From positions 413 through 64,412 of the IMG/VR virus record IMGVR_UViG_3300022921_001344: DNA of 64,000 nucleotides; one strand, given 5' to 3'. The DNA comes from a virus. Its lineage: Duplodnaviria; Caudoviricetes. Positions 48,100-58,679 of the stretch are shown piece after piece; position 1 is the stretch's first letter, and each line of letters begins with the position of its first letter. Both the position numbers and the translations under genes were made by a program. The notes beneath the pieces are model-generated. The model made no database searches. It was not told the origin of the DNA and saw only the letters and a list, made by a program, of their open reading frames with translations.

Positions 48100-48144
48100 A
48101 ATGTAACTTGCGTTACATATATTATTTATGTTTTTAGAGTCAAA

Positions 48145-48170
48145 AGAAAGGGCCTAATTAGGCCCCTTCT
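48145..48170 (-). terminator. Intrinsic terminator after the fibre gene
   Basis: AAGGGGCC/GGCCCTTT hairpin followed by a U-rich tract on the minus strand. Confidence 0.7.
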
Positions 48171-48193
48171 AAAGTTTTTATACTAACTTACCG

Positions 48194-51100
48194 TTATACA
48201 AAGTTATAATGTACACTTGCAGTCATAGAACCTGCAGTTACCACTGCTGGTGTGCTACCATCTACTTGCATAAATTGTACTTGTACACTTGCGTTTTTAG
48301 TCAGTGTTTGATCACCATCAAGTTCAACAATATATGAACCAGCCGTTGCCGCATCTGCGTCAATTGCCGCTACTATTGTATCACCTGAACCACCATTCTC
48401 TTTAATAAGAATATGGTTAAATGATCCACCACTAAATGCTGTACCTACTTTGAGAACAATTTTTTCAACATAGTATGTTCTGCTTGAAACATTTGGTACT
48501 GTACCAATATCAAAAGTAGAAGCACTACTATCAGCAGTAAATGTACTTCTTAATAAGAGTCCATCACCACCATTGTTATCAACGTAATCTTTTACAGCCG
48601 CTGATGTTGGGATTGTAGTATCGTTATCGTTACTTGCTATTCCGTCTGCTTCGTCAACAAACTTAGTTACTGCAATGCTTTCGCCACTGTCAGTTAAAGT
48701 TCCAAAACTTACAGCACCTGTAAACGTACCAGTTGCACCTGAAATGCTACCAGTTACGTCACCAGTTACGTCACCAATAAAGTTTGCACTTGCTGTAACA
48801 TTGTTAAATGTAACATCGTCACTTGTTGCAACTGCTTGACCAATGCTAACTACACCGGAACCATCAATGCTTACGCCTGTACCACCACTAAAGTGTGCTC
48901 TTACTTCTGCCGCACTAGGGCCTGTATATGTAAGTACACCAGTAGAACTATTGTAAGCAAGACTTCCGTCTCCGCCTGCATCAGTTACACTTATTGCCGC
49001 TCTGGATCTTGCATCTGTATAGTACATTGTACCACTTGATACTGTTGCACTTGGATCTTCTGAAATATCAGCAGTAGTATGATTACTTACATCACTAACT
49101 TGACCAGTAACATCACCAGTTAAGTCACCTTCAAAAGTACTTGCTTTCACATTTTCTGAACCGAAGTCCCACTCTTGGCCTACAGATGTATATAAGATCT
49201 GCTTAATTGTGCCATTTGCGTTTGCTTCGAAACCAGCGTCTGTATTTGCACCATTGCTGTTTACACGGAAGATTGCATCTGCTGTTTCAACAGTAGTTGA
49301 ATTAACAGTAGTCTGCGTACCTTGTACTGTTAAGTTACCAGTAATAATTGCATCACCATTAACATTAACACTTGCAGAAGTAATATCGTCTGATAAGAAA
49401 CTTCCTGTTACTGTTAAGTTGTTGCCAATTGTTACATCATTTGGTAAACCTATAGTTACAGTATCAGTTGCACCAACTACAACGTCTACTTCGTTTGAAG
49501 TACCTTGTATAGTAAGTGTATCACCACCATTAACAGTTTGGTTATTAGAACCGTCTGATAAAGTAAATGATGTACTAATACTTGCGTTTGAAGCCGCTGT
49601 AATTCTACCTTGTTGGTCTATAGTTAGTACTGGAATTTCAGTTGTACTACCATATGTTTTTGGTGTAACCGCTGTATCATCAAGATCAAGTACACCGTTA
49701 GTATAGGTTAAACCTGTACCACCGCTTACTCTTGCATCAACACCAGCATTAAAGTCACTAACTTGTGAATTTGTAATACTGATTGCAACGTTACTTGCAG
49801 ATGTTAATCTACCTTGTGCATCAACTGTAAATGTTCCTACTGAGCCTGCTGAACCATAGTCACCTGCTGTTACGGCAGTATCGTCTAAAGCAACTGATAT
49901 CTCATTACCAGAAGCAGTAGTTGTAATGCCTGTACCACCAGCAATATCAAGAACTTCACTATCTAAATCAATTGATAATGAGGCACCGTTATCTGCTGTA
50001 AAGTCTAAGTCTTGAGCAGTTACCTGTGAGTCAACATATGCTTTAACAGACTGTTGAGTTGGTACTAAAGTAGCACTATCACTAGCCATGTTATCTTCGT
50101 CAACAAAACCAGTAATTGAAATACTTCCGTCACTTAATGAACCATATTGTACAGTACCACTAAATGTACCGTTAGTTGCACCACTTAATGCACCACTACT
50201 TAATGTTGCAGTACCGTCAGTTAATGAACCACCTTCTACTGCACCACTGAATGTAGCCGCAACTCCACCAGTGATAGAACCACTGCTTAATGTTGCTGTA
50301 CCGTCAGTTAATGAACCACCTTCTACTGCACCACTGAATGTTGCACTTACACCTGATGTAATATTACCAGCATTAATACTTAATGTACCATCTGTTAATG
50401 TTCCACCTGTTAAAGTACCAGTACCAGTTACGTTAACCGCACCTGTTAATGACCCACTACTTAATGATGCTGTACCGTCAGTTAATGTTCCTGCTTGTAC
50501 TTGACCACTAAATGTAGCCGCTACCATATTTGTTAAAGTAGTATCTAGGTTAAATGTTGCTGTATCAGTTGCACCAACTACTGAAGTAATGTTTGTACCA
50601 CCTGCTAGTGTTAAAGTGTCGCCACCGTTAACAGTTTGAGTGTTTGAACCATCACTTAGTGTGAAAGAAGTACTAATAGAAGCATTCGATGCCGCTGTTA
50701 TACGTCCTTGTTGGTCTATTGTTAGTACTGGAATTTCTGTTGTACTACCATAAGATTTTGCTGTAACGGCTGTATCGTCTAGGACAATCTCACCACTTGT
50801 TACAGTAATACCTGTACCGCCTGTTACATAACTGTCGATCTTAGTTTCAACTCTTGCATCTGTGTAATACATTGTACCACTTGATACAGTTGCACTTGGA
50901 TCTTCTGAAATGTCAGCAGTAGTGTGATTGCTCACATCACTTACTTGACCAGTTACGTCACCAGTTAAGTCACCTTCAAAAGATGAAGCCTTAACATTCT
51001 CAGAACCAAAGTCCCATTCTGTGCCAGCCGCTGTGTAAAGAATTTGTTTTACACCACTTGCAGTATTGGCTTCAAAACCAGCATCGGTGTTTGCACCATT

Positions 51101-52159
51101 GCTGTTAGTTCTAAAGATAGCATCAGCAGTTTCAACTGTTGTTGAATTAACTGTTGTTTGAGTACCTTGTACAGTTAAGTTACCAGTAATTGTTGCATCA
51201 CCATCAATGCTAATAGCACTAGATGTGATATCATCAGATAAGAAACTTCCTGTTACTGTTAAGTTGTTTCCAACGGTAACATCATTTGGTAAACCAATTT
51301 GTACTTGGTTGTTTGTTACAGCAGTTTCAATTTCATTAGCAGTTCCTACAAATGCTAATGTATCTGTTCCAACTGTTACATTATCTGTACTACTTCCATC
51401 ACCAATTGTTAGTGTTGAACTTGTTGTTGCTGTAGAAACACTTGTGATTCTACCTTTTGCATCAACTGTGATAACTGGAATAGCACTTGAACTACCATAT
51501 GAACCTGCACTTACACCTGAATCAGCAAGTGTTACTGCAATGTTGGCTTGGTCGCCACCATTTGTAAATGTTGCTGAACCTGTTGCATCAGAGCTAAGGT
51601 TAATTGTGACAGCACTTGATAAACCATCTGCTGTACCTGTTAAATTTCCTACAAAGCCGGAATTTGCTGTAATTGTTGTTCCCGTAATTGCCGCCGCACT
51701 ATTGGCTCCAATAACAGTTCCATCGATAGCACCGCCATCAATATCTACTGCGTTAGAGGCCTGTAAAGCCACATTACCTAAACCTAAGTTACTTCTTGCT
51801 CCTGCGGCATCGGTTGCACCCGTACCACCCTGTGCTACTGGAAGTTGACTAGTACTATCAATAAAGTTTGCATTACTTAAAGATATATTACCAGCACTTG
51901 CCGTACCACTTGAAAAACTAACTAGACCTGTTGAGGAACTAAAATCTTGACCAGTACCACCGTATTGTGCACCTATAGACGTCGCTGTCCAACTACCTGA
52001 TGTTACACTACCAAAACGTATGTCTTCTAGTGTTGATCCATCTGATTGTGTTAAATCAAATCGGTTATTACCAGCATCGTATTTTAAACGACCGCCGCTT
52101 TTACCCATTTGGACGTCTGACGCAATACCTTTGATACCAAAGTTTTTAATGTCAGCCAT
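48194..52159 (-). CDS. Large Gly/Ser/Thr-rich virion fibre/structural protein with internal duplications
   Basis: Fibre motifs (VAQGGTGATDAAGARSNLGL, YGS..IPV.T.D..GR.T, GNLTVQGTQTTVNST); late promoter motif at 52233-52240. Confidence 0.8.
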   Translation of the reverse strand: MADIKNFGIKGIASDVQMGKSGGRLKYDAGNNRFDLTQSDGSTLEDIRFGSVTSGSWTATSIGAQYGGTGQDFSSSTGLVSFSSGTASAGNISLSNANFIDSTSQLPVAQGGTGATDAAGARSNLGLGNVALQASNAVDIDGGAIDGTVIGANSAAAITGTTITANSGFVGNLTGTADGLSSAVTINLSSDATGSATFTNGGDQANIAVTLADSGVSAGSYGSSSAIPVITVDAKGRITSVSTATTSSTLTIGDGSSTDNVTVGTDTLAFVGTANEIETAVTNNQVQIGLPNDVTVGNNLTVTGSFLSDDITSSAISIDGDATITGNLTVQGTQTTVNSTTVETADAIFRTNSNGANTDAGFEANTASGVKQILYTAAGTEWDFGSENVKASSFEGDLTGDVTGQVSDVSNHTTADISEDPSATVSSGTMYYTDARVETKIDSYVTGGTGITVTSGEIVLDDTAVTAKSYGSTTEIPVLTIDQQGRITAASNASISTSFTLSDGSNTQTVNGGDTLTLAGGTNITSVVGATDTATFNLDTTLTNMVAATFSGQVQAGTLTDGTASLSSGSLTGAVNVTGTGTLTGGTLTDGTLSINAGNITSGVSATFSGAVEGGSLTDGTATLSSGSITGGVAATFSGAVEGGSLTDGTATLSSGALSGATNGTFSGTVQYGSLSDGSISITGFVDEDNMASDSATLVPTQQSVKAYVDSQVTAQDLDFTADNGASLSIDLDSEVLDIAGGTGITTTASGNEISVALDDTAVTAGDYGSAGSVGTFTVDAQGRLTSASNVAISITNSQVSDFNAGVDARVSGGTGLTYTNGVLDLDDTAVTPKTYGSTTEIPVLTIDQQGRITAASNASISTSFTLSDGSNNQTVNGGDTLTIQGTSNEVDVVVGATDTVTIGLPNDVTIGNNLTVTGSFLSDDITSASVNVNGDAIITGNLTVQGTQTTVNSTTVETADAIFRVNSNGANTDAGFEANANGTIKQILYTSVGQEWDFGSENVKASTFEGDLTGDVTGQVSDVSNHTTADISEDPSATVSSGTMYYTDARSRAAISVTDAGGDGSLAYNSSTGVLTYTGPSAAEVRAHFSGGTGVSIDGSGVVSIGQAVATSDDVTFNNVTASANFIGDVTGDVTGSISGATGTFTGAVSFGTLTDSGESIAVTKFVDEADGIASNDNDTTIPTSAAVKDYVDNNGGDGLLLRSTFTADSSASTFDIGTVPNVSSRTYYVEKIVLKVGTAFSGGSFNHILIKENGGSGDTIVAAIDADAATAGSYIVELDGDQTLTKNASVQVQFMQVDGSTPAVVTAGSMTASVHYNFV
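49007..51295 (-). repeat. Internal duplication of about 148 aa (about 49007-49450 vs about 50852-51295)
   Basis: GLPNDVT...GTMYYTDAR occurs twice, nearly identical. A second block of about 58 aa (LDDTAVT..GGDTLT) is also duplicated. Confidence 0.85.
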
Positions 52160-52255
52160 TATGTTCTCCTAATACATGTATATTTGTTCTAATTCGAATT
52201 AAACGGTTTGCTTTTGGCTGAACCGTTAATAGTATTTATCTGTTTTTGGGTTTTT

Positions 52256-54265
52256 TTAAACGTAGGTAATAGTGACTGTACAGTTTCCTGCTGTAGAACT
52301 ATAATGGTTACATCTGGCTCTTAATAATTGATCTTGCGTTTCAGTTGCTGGGTAAACAAAGTCAGGTGTACACACATAATCACCTAATTCAGTTAAATCG
52401 TTACTTGGAGAATCACAATAGACATCAGGATCTGACTGTGTCCCAACTTCTATGTTTGGTAATACACTACCAGTATATCCAGTGAAAACTACATCTGTAC
52501 TAACTGTAACGTTAAGTATTTTTCTTCCAGGAGAGATATTACCTAGATTATTTGTTGTGCTTGTACCAAATCCGCCTGCAGGCATTGTGAACGTTGTTGT
52601 TAATGTTTTAGCATCTACTGTAGCACTATCTTGGTTTGAAATTTCAACCCAACTGCTACCAGTATAAAGATATAATCCCCATTCACCATCACCTTTGTTA
52701 GTGACGTATGCCTGATCACCGGCCGCTGGAGTCAAAGCATCTCTGGCACTTGTAGTACCTACCACAGTGGTGCCACCTGTACGCACACCTTGTTCTATAT
52801 TCATTGCTAATGGTACACTACCTGTATGTGCTGAAAAAATACCTGTTTCTGTTTGGAAGTAAGGTGTACTTTCATAGATTAGTATCTCACCACCGTCGCT
52901 TCTGGTAAGTCTTAATTTTTCTTGACCAGTTGCACTAGTTGTTTCAGGCAATCCGGAAGTATTACTTGCACCTACAAAATTATATCCACCGGTATCTGCG
53001 TTACCATTTGATATAGTTATAGAATTTCCATTTAATTCTGTTACTGTTAAAATAGTTGCTGTTGCTGTTGCTGTTACATTGGCAATATTTGCAGAATTTA
53101 TATCTATAGCCATATCTTCTGGTGTACTTACAGTTGCATATTGACTGCCCTCTGTTGTAAACTCAACTAATGTATTTCCACTACCTGTATTAAAATATGC
53201 ACTAAAAGGAACATAGCCGCCTACAATACCGTATATGGTATTAGGAGCATCTGAACTTATAATGTTTTCAAACGGAACAACGTTTGCTACTACACTAGTA
53301 TTACTTGTAACATTATTAATTTGTGTCGCTATCTCATCTACATCTGATGAGCCGCCTGTCCCTGTAAATGTTATACTTTGACTATTAATAATAATACTAT
53401 TTGCATCTAAAATAGTTGGATTACCTTGATCTCCTGTTAATACAGTAGGTACAGCACTTCTAATATTTAAGAATGCAATTTTATTTGTTGATGTCCCAAC
53501 ATTACTTAAATTTCCAGAACTATCAACATATATGAATTCTCCTTGAGAACCTGGAATTGTAGGATCAAAATCTATTATTCTATTATTAGGCAAGATCATA
53601 AAATTATCTGGCCCGGGTCCTGTTTCAGTAACAACACCTATCATTCTATCCGCAGTTTCAGAATTTGCTTTTGCAAAGCCAGAGTTTGTAACACTAATTA
53701 CATCGCCTTTACTAAATCCGTGTGCTGTCTCACTCAAAAGATAATTTAATTGAGGATTCAAATATTGAAATCTGCTGACAACTTCTGCAAAGAATGTACT
53801 CGATACAGTAGGAGGTAGAGGGTCTAACATAGGGACACCGTTCTCATTTAAAGTAAATAAGACAGCATTTCCAGTATTAAAGATACCATTACCAGTTGTT
53901 GATTTGAATGTATTATAACGTAGATAATCTTCTACAATACAAGTTACTGATGATGAAGTTTTAGAACTTATAGATACAATTTTAAGACATTGGCCACTTG
54001 ACTCACCTGCAATCCAATCACCTACTAAAACATCTAATCCGTTATATTTAAAATCATCACGAGTTAAATGTGAACCATGATTTTGATCTGTTATGTTAAA
54101 TGTAATTTCCCAACGATAAAATCTTTTACTTGCGGAACTTTCATACCATATATCACCGCTTCCTGCGGCATGTTCCCAATAAGCATTTCCTGATATGTTA
54201 GTGACCGAGACCGATAAAACCTTATTTGGATAATTTAATCTAATCTGTCTTGAATTATATGACAT
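52256..54265 (-). CDS. Virion structural protein (baseplate/fibre-associated)
   Basis: S/T/G-rich, located between fibre genes; C-terminus resembles that of the 1321-aa protein. Confidence 0.6.
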   Translation of the reverse strand: MSYNSRQIRLNYPNKVLSVSVTNISGNAYWEHAAGSGDIWYESSASKRFYRWEITFNITDQNHGSHLTRDDFKYNGLDVLVGDWIAGESSGQCLKIVSISSKTSSSVTCIVEDYLRYNTFKSTTGNGIFNTGNAVLFTLNENGVPMLDPLPPTVSSTFFAEVVSRFQYLNPQLNYLLSETAHGFSKGDVISVTNSGFAKANSETADRMIGVVTETGPGPDNFMILPNNRIIDFDPTIPGSQGEFIYVDSSGNLSNVGTSTNKIAFLNIRSAVPTVLTGDQGNPTILDANSIIINSQSITFTGTGGSSDVDEIATQINNVTSNTSVVANVVPFENIISSDAPNTIYGIVGGYVPFSAYFNTGSGNTLVEFTTEGSQYATVSTPEDMAIDINSANIANVTATATATILTVTELNGNSITISNGNADTGGYNFVGASNTSGLPETTSATGQEKLRLTRSDGGEILIYESTPYFQTETGIFSAHTGSVPLAMNIEQGVRTGGTTVVGTTSARDALTPAAGDQAYVTNKGDGEWGLYLYTGSSWVEISNQDSATVDAKTLTTTFTMPAGGFGTSTTNNLGNISPGRKILNVTVSTDVVFTGYTGSVLPNIEVGTQSDPDVYCDSPSNDLTELGDYVCTPDFVYPATETQDQLLRARCNHYSSTAGNCTVTITYV

Positions 54266-54273
54266 AGTTATTC

Positions 54274-57200
54274 CTAATCATACATTACAATTTGTACCCA
54301 AGCATGTGTGGCCGCTGGAGGGAATCCAGAACCTTTACTAGAACCAGTTTCGTTTTCACTCATTCTCACATTAAATGAAACTGCTCCAGCACCGTTAAAC
54401 AATGTTGGGGAGCCACTAGAGCCTCCTCCTGCTATTTCTCTAACAGTCATGGTTGTTTCTAATGGTACCATATTGTATTTGTTATTTGTATAATCGTAAC
54501 CATACATAACTACTGATGCTGGTGGATAATTGTATGTACTACTATCAAAGTTTAATGTTAGGTCACCAGTACTAGCACTATCAATTGTTACACTTGTAAT
54601 TCCTGATGTAGTATTACTAATACTAGATACGGAACCTGATGAACTATAATTAATTTTAAATCTTTCTACTGTGGCTCCTGAGCCGCCGCCTCCGCCGGAA
54701 TTATTGTCCGCCGCTGGTGCCCAACTAGAACCATTATATTTTAATACTTGTCCACTTGATACACCTGATGTGCTTACATCTGATAAATCGTCTAATGCTG
54801 TTGCACCACCACCGCCACTTACTGTGGTAAATGAGAACGAACCACTACCGTCTGTTGTTAGTACTTGTCCGTTTGTTCCGTCTGAACCTACGTCTGTTAG
54901 GTTTAGTAAACTTGTTGCTCCACTGGCATTTGCCAACACATCACTTAAATCAATAGTGTTACCACCACTAATAGTAACAACATTTGAAGAATTGTTTACA
55001 CTCAACGTTTGTGAGTCTGTATTTACATAAGCACCTAATAGTGATGTTAAATCAACATTACCACTTTGTCCTGTTAAACTAATTACGTTGCCACTTATAG
55101 ATAAGTCTTGTGCATCTGTATCAACATTGAGGGCACTTGTAAAGTCAACGTTACTGTTACTACCACTTATGGTTAAAACATTACCTACTAAACTTATTGT
55201 TTGTGCATCTTGTCCTGGATTTGCTTGTACCCAAGCACTATCAACGTAAATGTATGTATGTCCGTCATCTGTAGCATACCACATTTGACCTTCACTAGCA
55301 CCACTTGGTGCCGCATTGGCTGTTGTTACTAATACATTACCTGCTGGACCTTGAATACCTTGTGGTCCTTGATCACCACGTACATTACCTGCATCTATAG
55401 TACTTGCATTACTTAATGTTAAAATTAAATTGTCGCCTGATAATGCCGCACTATTAACACTAACACCTTGTGGACCTGTATCACCTTGTGGGCCTGCTAC
55501 TGTACTATCAGCACCTTGTGGTCCCATTGGACCTCTTATATTACCTAAATTCTGTACCGAAGTATTTGAATATGTTAGTATAAGGTCATTACTGGTGACT
55601 GTTGCATTGGTAATTCCTATACCTGTTGCCCCAGTCGATCCAGTATTTCCTTGAGGACCCTGAGGTCCTGTTGCGCCTACTCCTGATAGATCAATAGTTG
55701 TTCCATCGTATGTTAGGTCACTCCCCGCTAAACTAATTGTTGGTCTTGTTTGCAAGTCACTGTATGTTCCAGTGAATGCAACTGTGCTTAATTCTGTATT
55801 ACTATTTGCTAATGCATTTGCTACTTCGCCTAAACTATCTAAGTTTACATTAGCACCGCCTATTAATGTGTTGATTTCTGCATCAACATAGGCTTTCATG
55901 TTTGTATTTGCTGTTGTGGCCTCTGAACTTGTTAGATAAACACTTAATGCTGTTGTAAGATCAACTGTATCATCGTTACCACTAATTGTGATAACGTTAC
56001 CTGAAATGCTTAATGTTTGTTCTAATGCTGATAGATCAACATTGTTACCACTACTGATACTTAAATTAGATGTTGCGGAATCCCAACTTAAATTTTGTGC
56101 ATCACTGTCTACATTACTATAACCTTGAGCATCTAAATATGCTTGAACTTCTGTGTTACCATAATCGCTAGTAACACTACCTAAGGCACTAGTTAAATCT
56201 ACTGTACTTGCATTGCCTGTGATACTAATTACATTTCCTGTAATACTGATTGCCTGAGCATCGTTATCTACGTTGCTATAGCCATTAGTGCTAAGATAAC
56301 TTGCAACATTACTATCGCCATAGTTTCCACTACCGCCACTTTGAGCAACCCAGGCATAGTCTGATCCGTTCCAACTTAATACATCATTAGTACTTGCACC
56401 ACTTACGTTTAAGTGTGCATCAACTCCAGCAGTATCTATTCCGCCTGAACTTGTATCTGCTGGTGTGAATGTAAATACACCTGCATTATCATATGTTAAA
56501 CTACCATTACCACTTGGTGTTGCTGTAGTTACACTAAAGTCTGTTAAAGTAACATTACTGCCACCGCCTGAGCCTGTTTGGTCTCCTGCTTCAAATTTAT
56601 TGGTACTACTATTCCAAACTAAAACTTGTCCGTTTGTAATGCCTGTTGCATCTACATCATTAAGTCCGGATAAATCTAAAAGGCCTGCTAATGCTGTTGC
56701 ATTTGCACTAACTGTTATTTTATCTTCACTTGGAGTTGTTGTCCAGTCAAAGCCTGTACCACCTTCAAAAGTTAAAGTATCTTCGGCTTCGTCTGCACTT
56801 AATGTTGTTTGTCCACTTACTGCAATATTTTTATATGCTAGTTGTACATTGCCTCCGGAACCGCCTGACACATTGCCTGTAACGTTGACCATATCAACGT
56901 TTTGTATTCTACCATAGGTGTCAACTGTAATTTGAGGAATGTGTGTGGTATTACCATACACACCTGATGTTACTCCAGTTGCTACTAAATTTAGTGAAGC
57001 ATTTGAATTTTTACCTGTACCACCACTTACTGTAATTTGTCCTGCTGTACCAATAACATTGCCTACATAGTCTGCATTTAATCCTTGAGCTTCTAAAACT
57101 GTTGCTTCATTTAATGATACAGTTGTTACTTGGCCCTTTTCATTTATTGTTATAGTAGGAATATGTGTGGCATTACCGTAGACGCCGGCTGTTGCAACGT

Positions 57201-57525
57201 CAGTAATAAAGATTCCTGAGGAATTTGCTGTAAGGCCTCCGCCTGAGCCAGCAACTGCGTTTATAACGTATCCAGTGCCGCCTAAATTAATACCGTTTCC
57301 AGCACTATATGGATTATAAGTTTCTGCTTTCCATTTTCCTGAACCTGCACTATATCGTAAAACCTGTCCGCCGCCAGGTGCTGGTAGATTTGTATCTGCT
57401 AAATTAGATAGAGCAATTTCATTAAAAATTACATTGCCTTCATTACCATCTACTTGAAGATATTTTGCACCCTGACCTGTATAAGATGAGGGAGTATCAT
57501 TTAGAGTTATAAAGGTATTTGCCAT
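54274..57525 (-). CDS. Tail fibre-like protein with collagen (Gly-X-Y) repeats
   Basis: GATGPQGPQGNTGSTGATG, GPQGDTGPQG; L.DL.DV...GQVL.W motifs; QxLSISGNVI repeats; late motif at 57557-57564. Confidence 0.8.
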   Translation of the reverse strand: MANTFITLNDTPSSYTGQGAKYLQVDGNEGNVIFNEIALSNLADTNLPAPGGGQVLRYSAGSGKWKAETYNPYSAGNGINLGGTGYVINAVAGSGGGLTANSSGIFITDVATAGVYGNATHIPTITINEKGQVTTVSLNEATVLEAQGLNADYVGNVIGTAGQITVSGGTGKNSNASLNLVATGVTSGVYGNTTHIPQITVDTYGRIQNVDMVNVTGNVSGGSGGNVQLAYKNIAVSGQTTLSADEAEDTLTFEGGTGFDWTTTPSEDKITVSANATALAGLLDLSGLNDVDATGITNGQVLVWNSSTNKFEAGDQTGSGGGSNVTLTDFSVTTATPSGNGSLTYDNAGVFTFTPADTSSGGIDTAGVDAHLNVSGASTNDVLSWNGSDYAWVAQSGGSGNYGDSNVASYLSTNGYSNVDNDAQAISITGNVISITGNASTVDLTSALGSVTSDYGNTEVQAYLDAQGYSNVDSDAQNLSWDSATSNLSISSGNNVDLSALEQTLSISGNVITISGNDDTVDLTTALSVYLTSSEATTANTNMKAYVDAEINTLIGGANVNLDSLGEVANALANSNTELSTVAFTGTYSDLQTRPTISLAGSDLTYDGTTIDLSGVGATGPQGPQGNTGSTGATGIGITNATVTSNDLILTYSNTSVQNLGNIRGPMGPQGADSTVAGPQGDTGPQGVSVNSAALSGDNLILTLSNASTIDAGNVRGDQGPQGIQGPAGNVLVTTANAAPSGASEGQMWYATDDGHTYIYVDSAWVQANPGQDAQTISLVGNVLTISGSNSNVDFTSALNVDTDAQDLSISGNVISLTGQSGNVDLTSLLGAYVNTDSQTLSVNNSSNVVTISGGNTIDLSDVLANASGATSLLNLTDVGSDGTNGQVLTTDGSGSFSFTTVSGGGGATALDDLSDVSTSGVSSGQVLKYNGSSWAPAADNNSGGGGGSGATVERFKINYSSSGSVSSISNTTSGITSVTIDSASTGDLTLNFDSSTYNYPPASVVMYGYDYTNNKYNMVPLETTMTVREIAGGGSSGSPTLFNGAGAVSFNVRMSENETGSSKGSGFPPAATHAWVQIVMYD

Positions 57526-57567
57526 TCAAGTTGTTCCTAAATTAGTGTTATAACACTATTTATCAAC

Positions 57568-58002
57568 TTAGGCGGATAGAATTACTCTGGATATTTGGCC
57601 GTAACTTGAATCGTATGTTTCGCCATCGCCTATATGTGTTCGGTCCATATAAACTCTAACGTATGTGAAATTTCCTTGAACTGTATATGCTTGTGAACCT
57701 TGAGCAGGATCATTAGCATTGAACTGGATGTAACCTAAAGGATTATATGCAACTGCTTGGTTAGTTACACTACCGTATGTGGATGTATCTGCAACTACAT
57801 CAAACCAGTCATTGTCCCCTGGTGTTAAACTTAATGTAGCCTGAATCCTAAATCTACCAACAAATTGGTTATAGGTTACCTGAAATGTATGATAACCATC
57901 ACTGTAGCCATAAAAGGAGTCACCTTTTACTTCAGTGCTATATTTGTTCATGTCAGTGCTGGTAGCACTTAACATGTTTATACTTCTTCTGTTTATTGGC
58001 AT
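57568..58002 (-). CDS. Probable virion structural protein
   Basis: KGD.FYG..DG.HT, IQATL...P...DWF, GNF.YVR; late motif at 58024-58031. Confidence 0.6.
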   Translation of the reverse strand: MPINRRSINMLSATSTDMNKYSTEVKGDSFYGYSDGYHTFQVTYNQFVGRFRIQATLSLTPGDNDWFDVVADTSTYGSVTNQAVAYNPLGYIQFNANDPAQGSQAYTVQGNFTYVRVYMDRTHIGDGETYDSSYGQISRVILSA

Positions 58003-58034
58003 AGTATTCCTTTAATTTAATACTATTTATCTGT

Positions 58035-58679
58035 TTAAATTCTTTCTATGTATTCAATTTGCTGTATGATGTCATCATAACATAGTTTAAGAAAAGGAAC
58101 ATGTTCGTCAAACTCTTCTTTACTGCAATAAAGGTAATTAGAAAAATAACTGTAATTTGTTACATAATTTGAATACCATTGTTTATTTTCAAAATTATTA
58201 TCAATATATTCTATAAAATTTTTAATAGTATCAATGTATTCAGAGCCTGTATTCATATTATGAATAGATAATTTTACATTATACTTTCCATAAAATAATT
58301 TAGGCCTAAAAATATTTTTTATTTTATATCTAGATGGGTCTTTTTTGATTAATACATTAAAATGTGTTTCAGTTACAGGCCCAAAAACTTTTATTACATG
58401 TGTACCATATACATCTAAAAATTTATTTAGAGCATCTTTATTTCTAAAATAGACTCGGAAATTTTTAGAGGAAAATTTTGGTTTAAAGTCTTGATAGGAA
58501 AAATTATCATACAACCAAGAATTTATTTCTGTTATAAGTTTTATATCGTAAAATACATCATTGCCTGGCATGTCAACTCTATAAAAATAATAATCATAAT
58601 AAACTTTATCAGAAGGCTCTAAGTTACAAGTATCCTTACTTAAAATAAAATCCTTACTTTGCAACAACGTATTCATCAT
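58035..58679 (-). CDS. Hypothetical protein
   Basis: ORF overlapping the clpA stop. Confidence 0.6.
   Translation of the reverse strand: MMNTLLQSKDFILSKDTCNLEPSDKVYYDYYFYRVDMPGNDVFYDIKLITEINSWLYDNFSYQDFKPKFSSKNFRVYFRNKDALNKFLDVYGTHVIKVFGPVTETHFNVLIKKDPSRYKIKNIFRPKLFYGKYNVKLSIHNMNTGSEYIDTIKNFIEYIDNNFENKQWYSNYVTNYSYFSNYLYCSKEEFDEHVPFLKLCYDDIIQQIEYIERI

Noticed and set aside
49007-51295. Diversity-generating retroelement TR/VR pair
   Set aside because: Both copies are in-frame within one gene, differences are not adenine-specific, and no reverse transcriptase is seen.
49209-56917. Several long plus-strand ORFs (up to 213 aa)
   Set aside because: In-register antisense shadows of Gly/Thr/Ser-rich fibre genes; no RBS or motifs.
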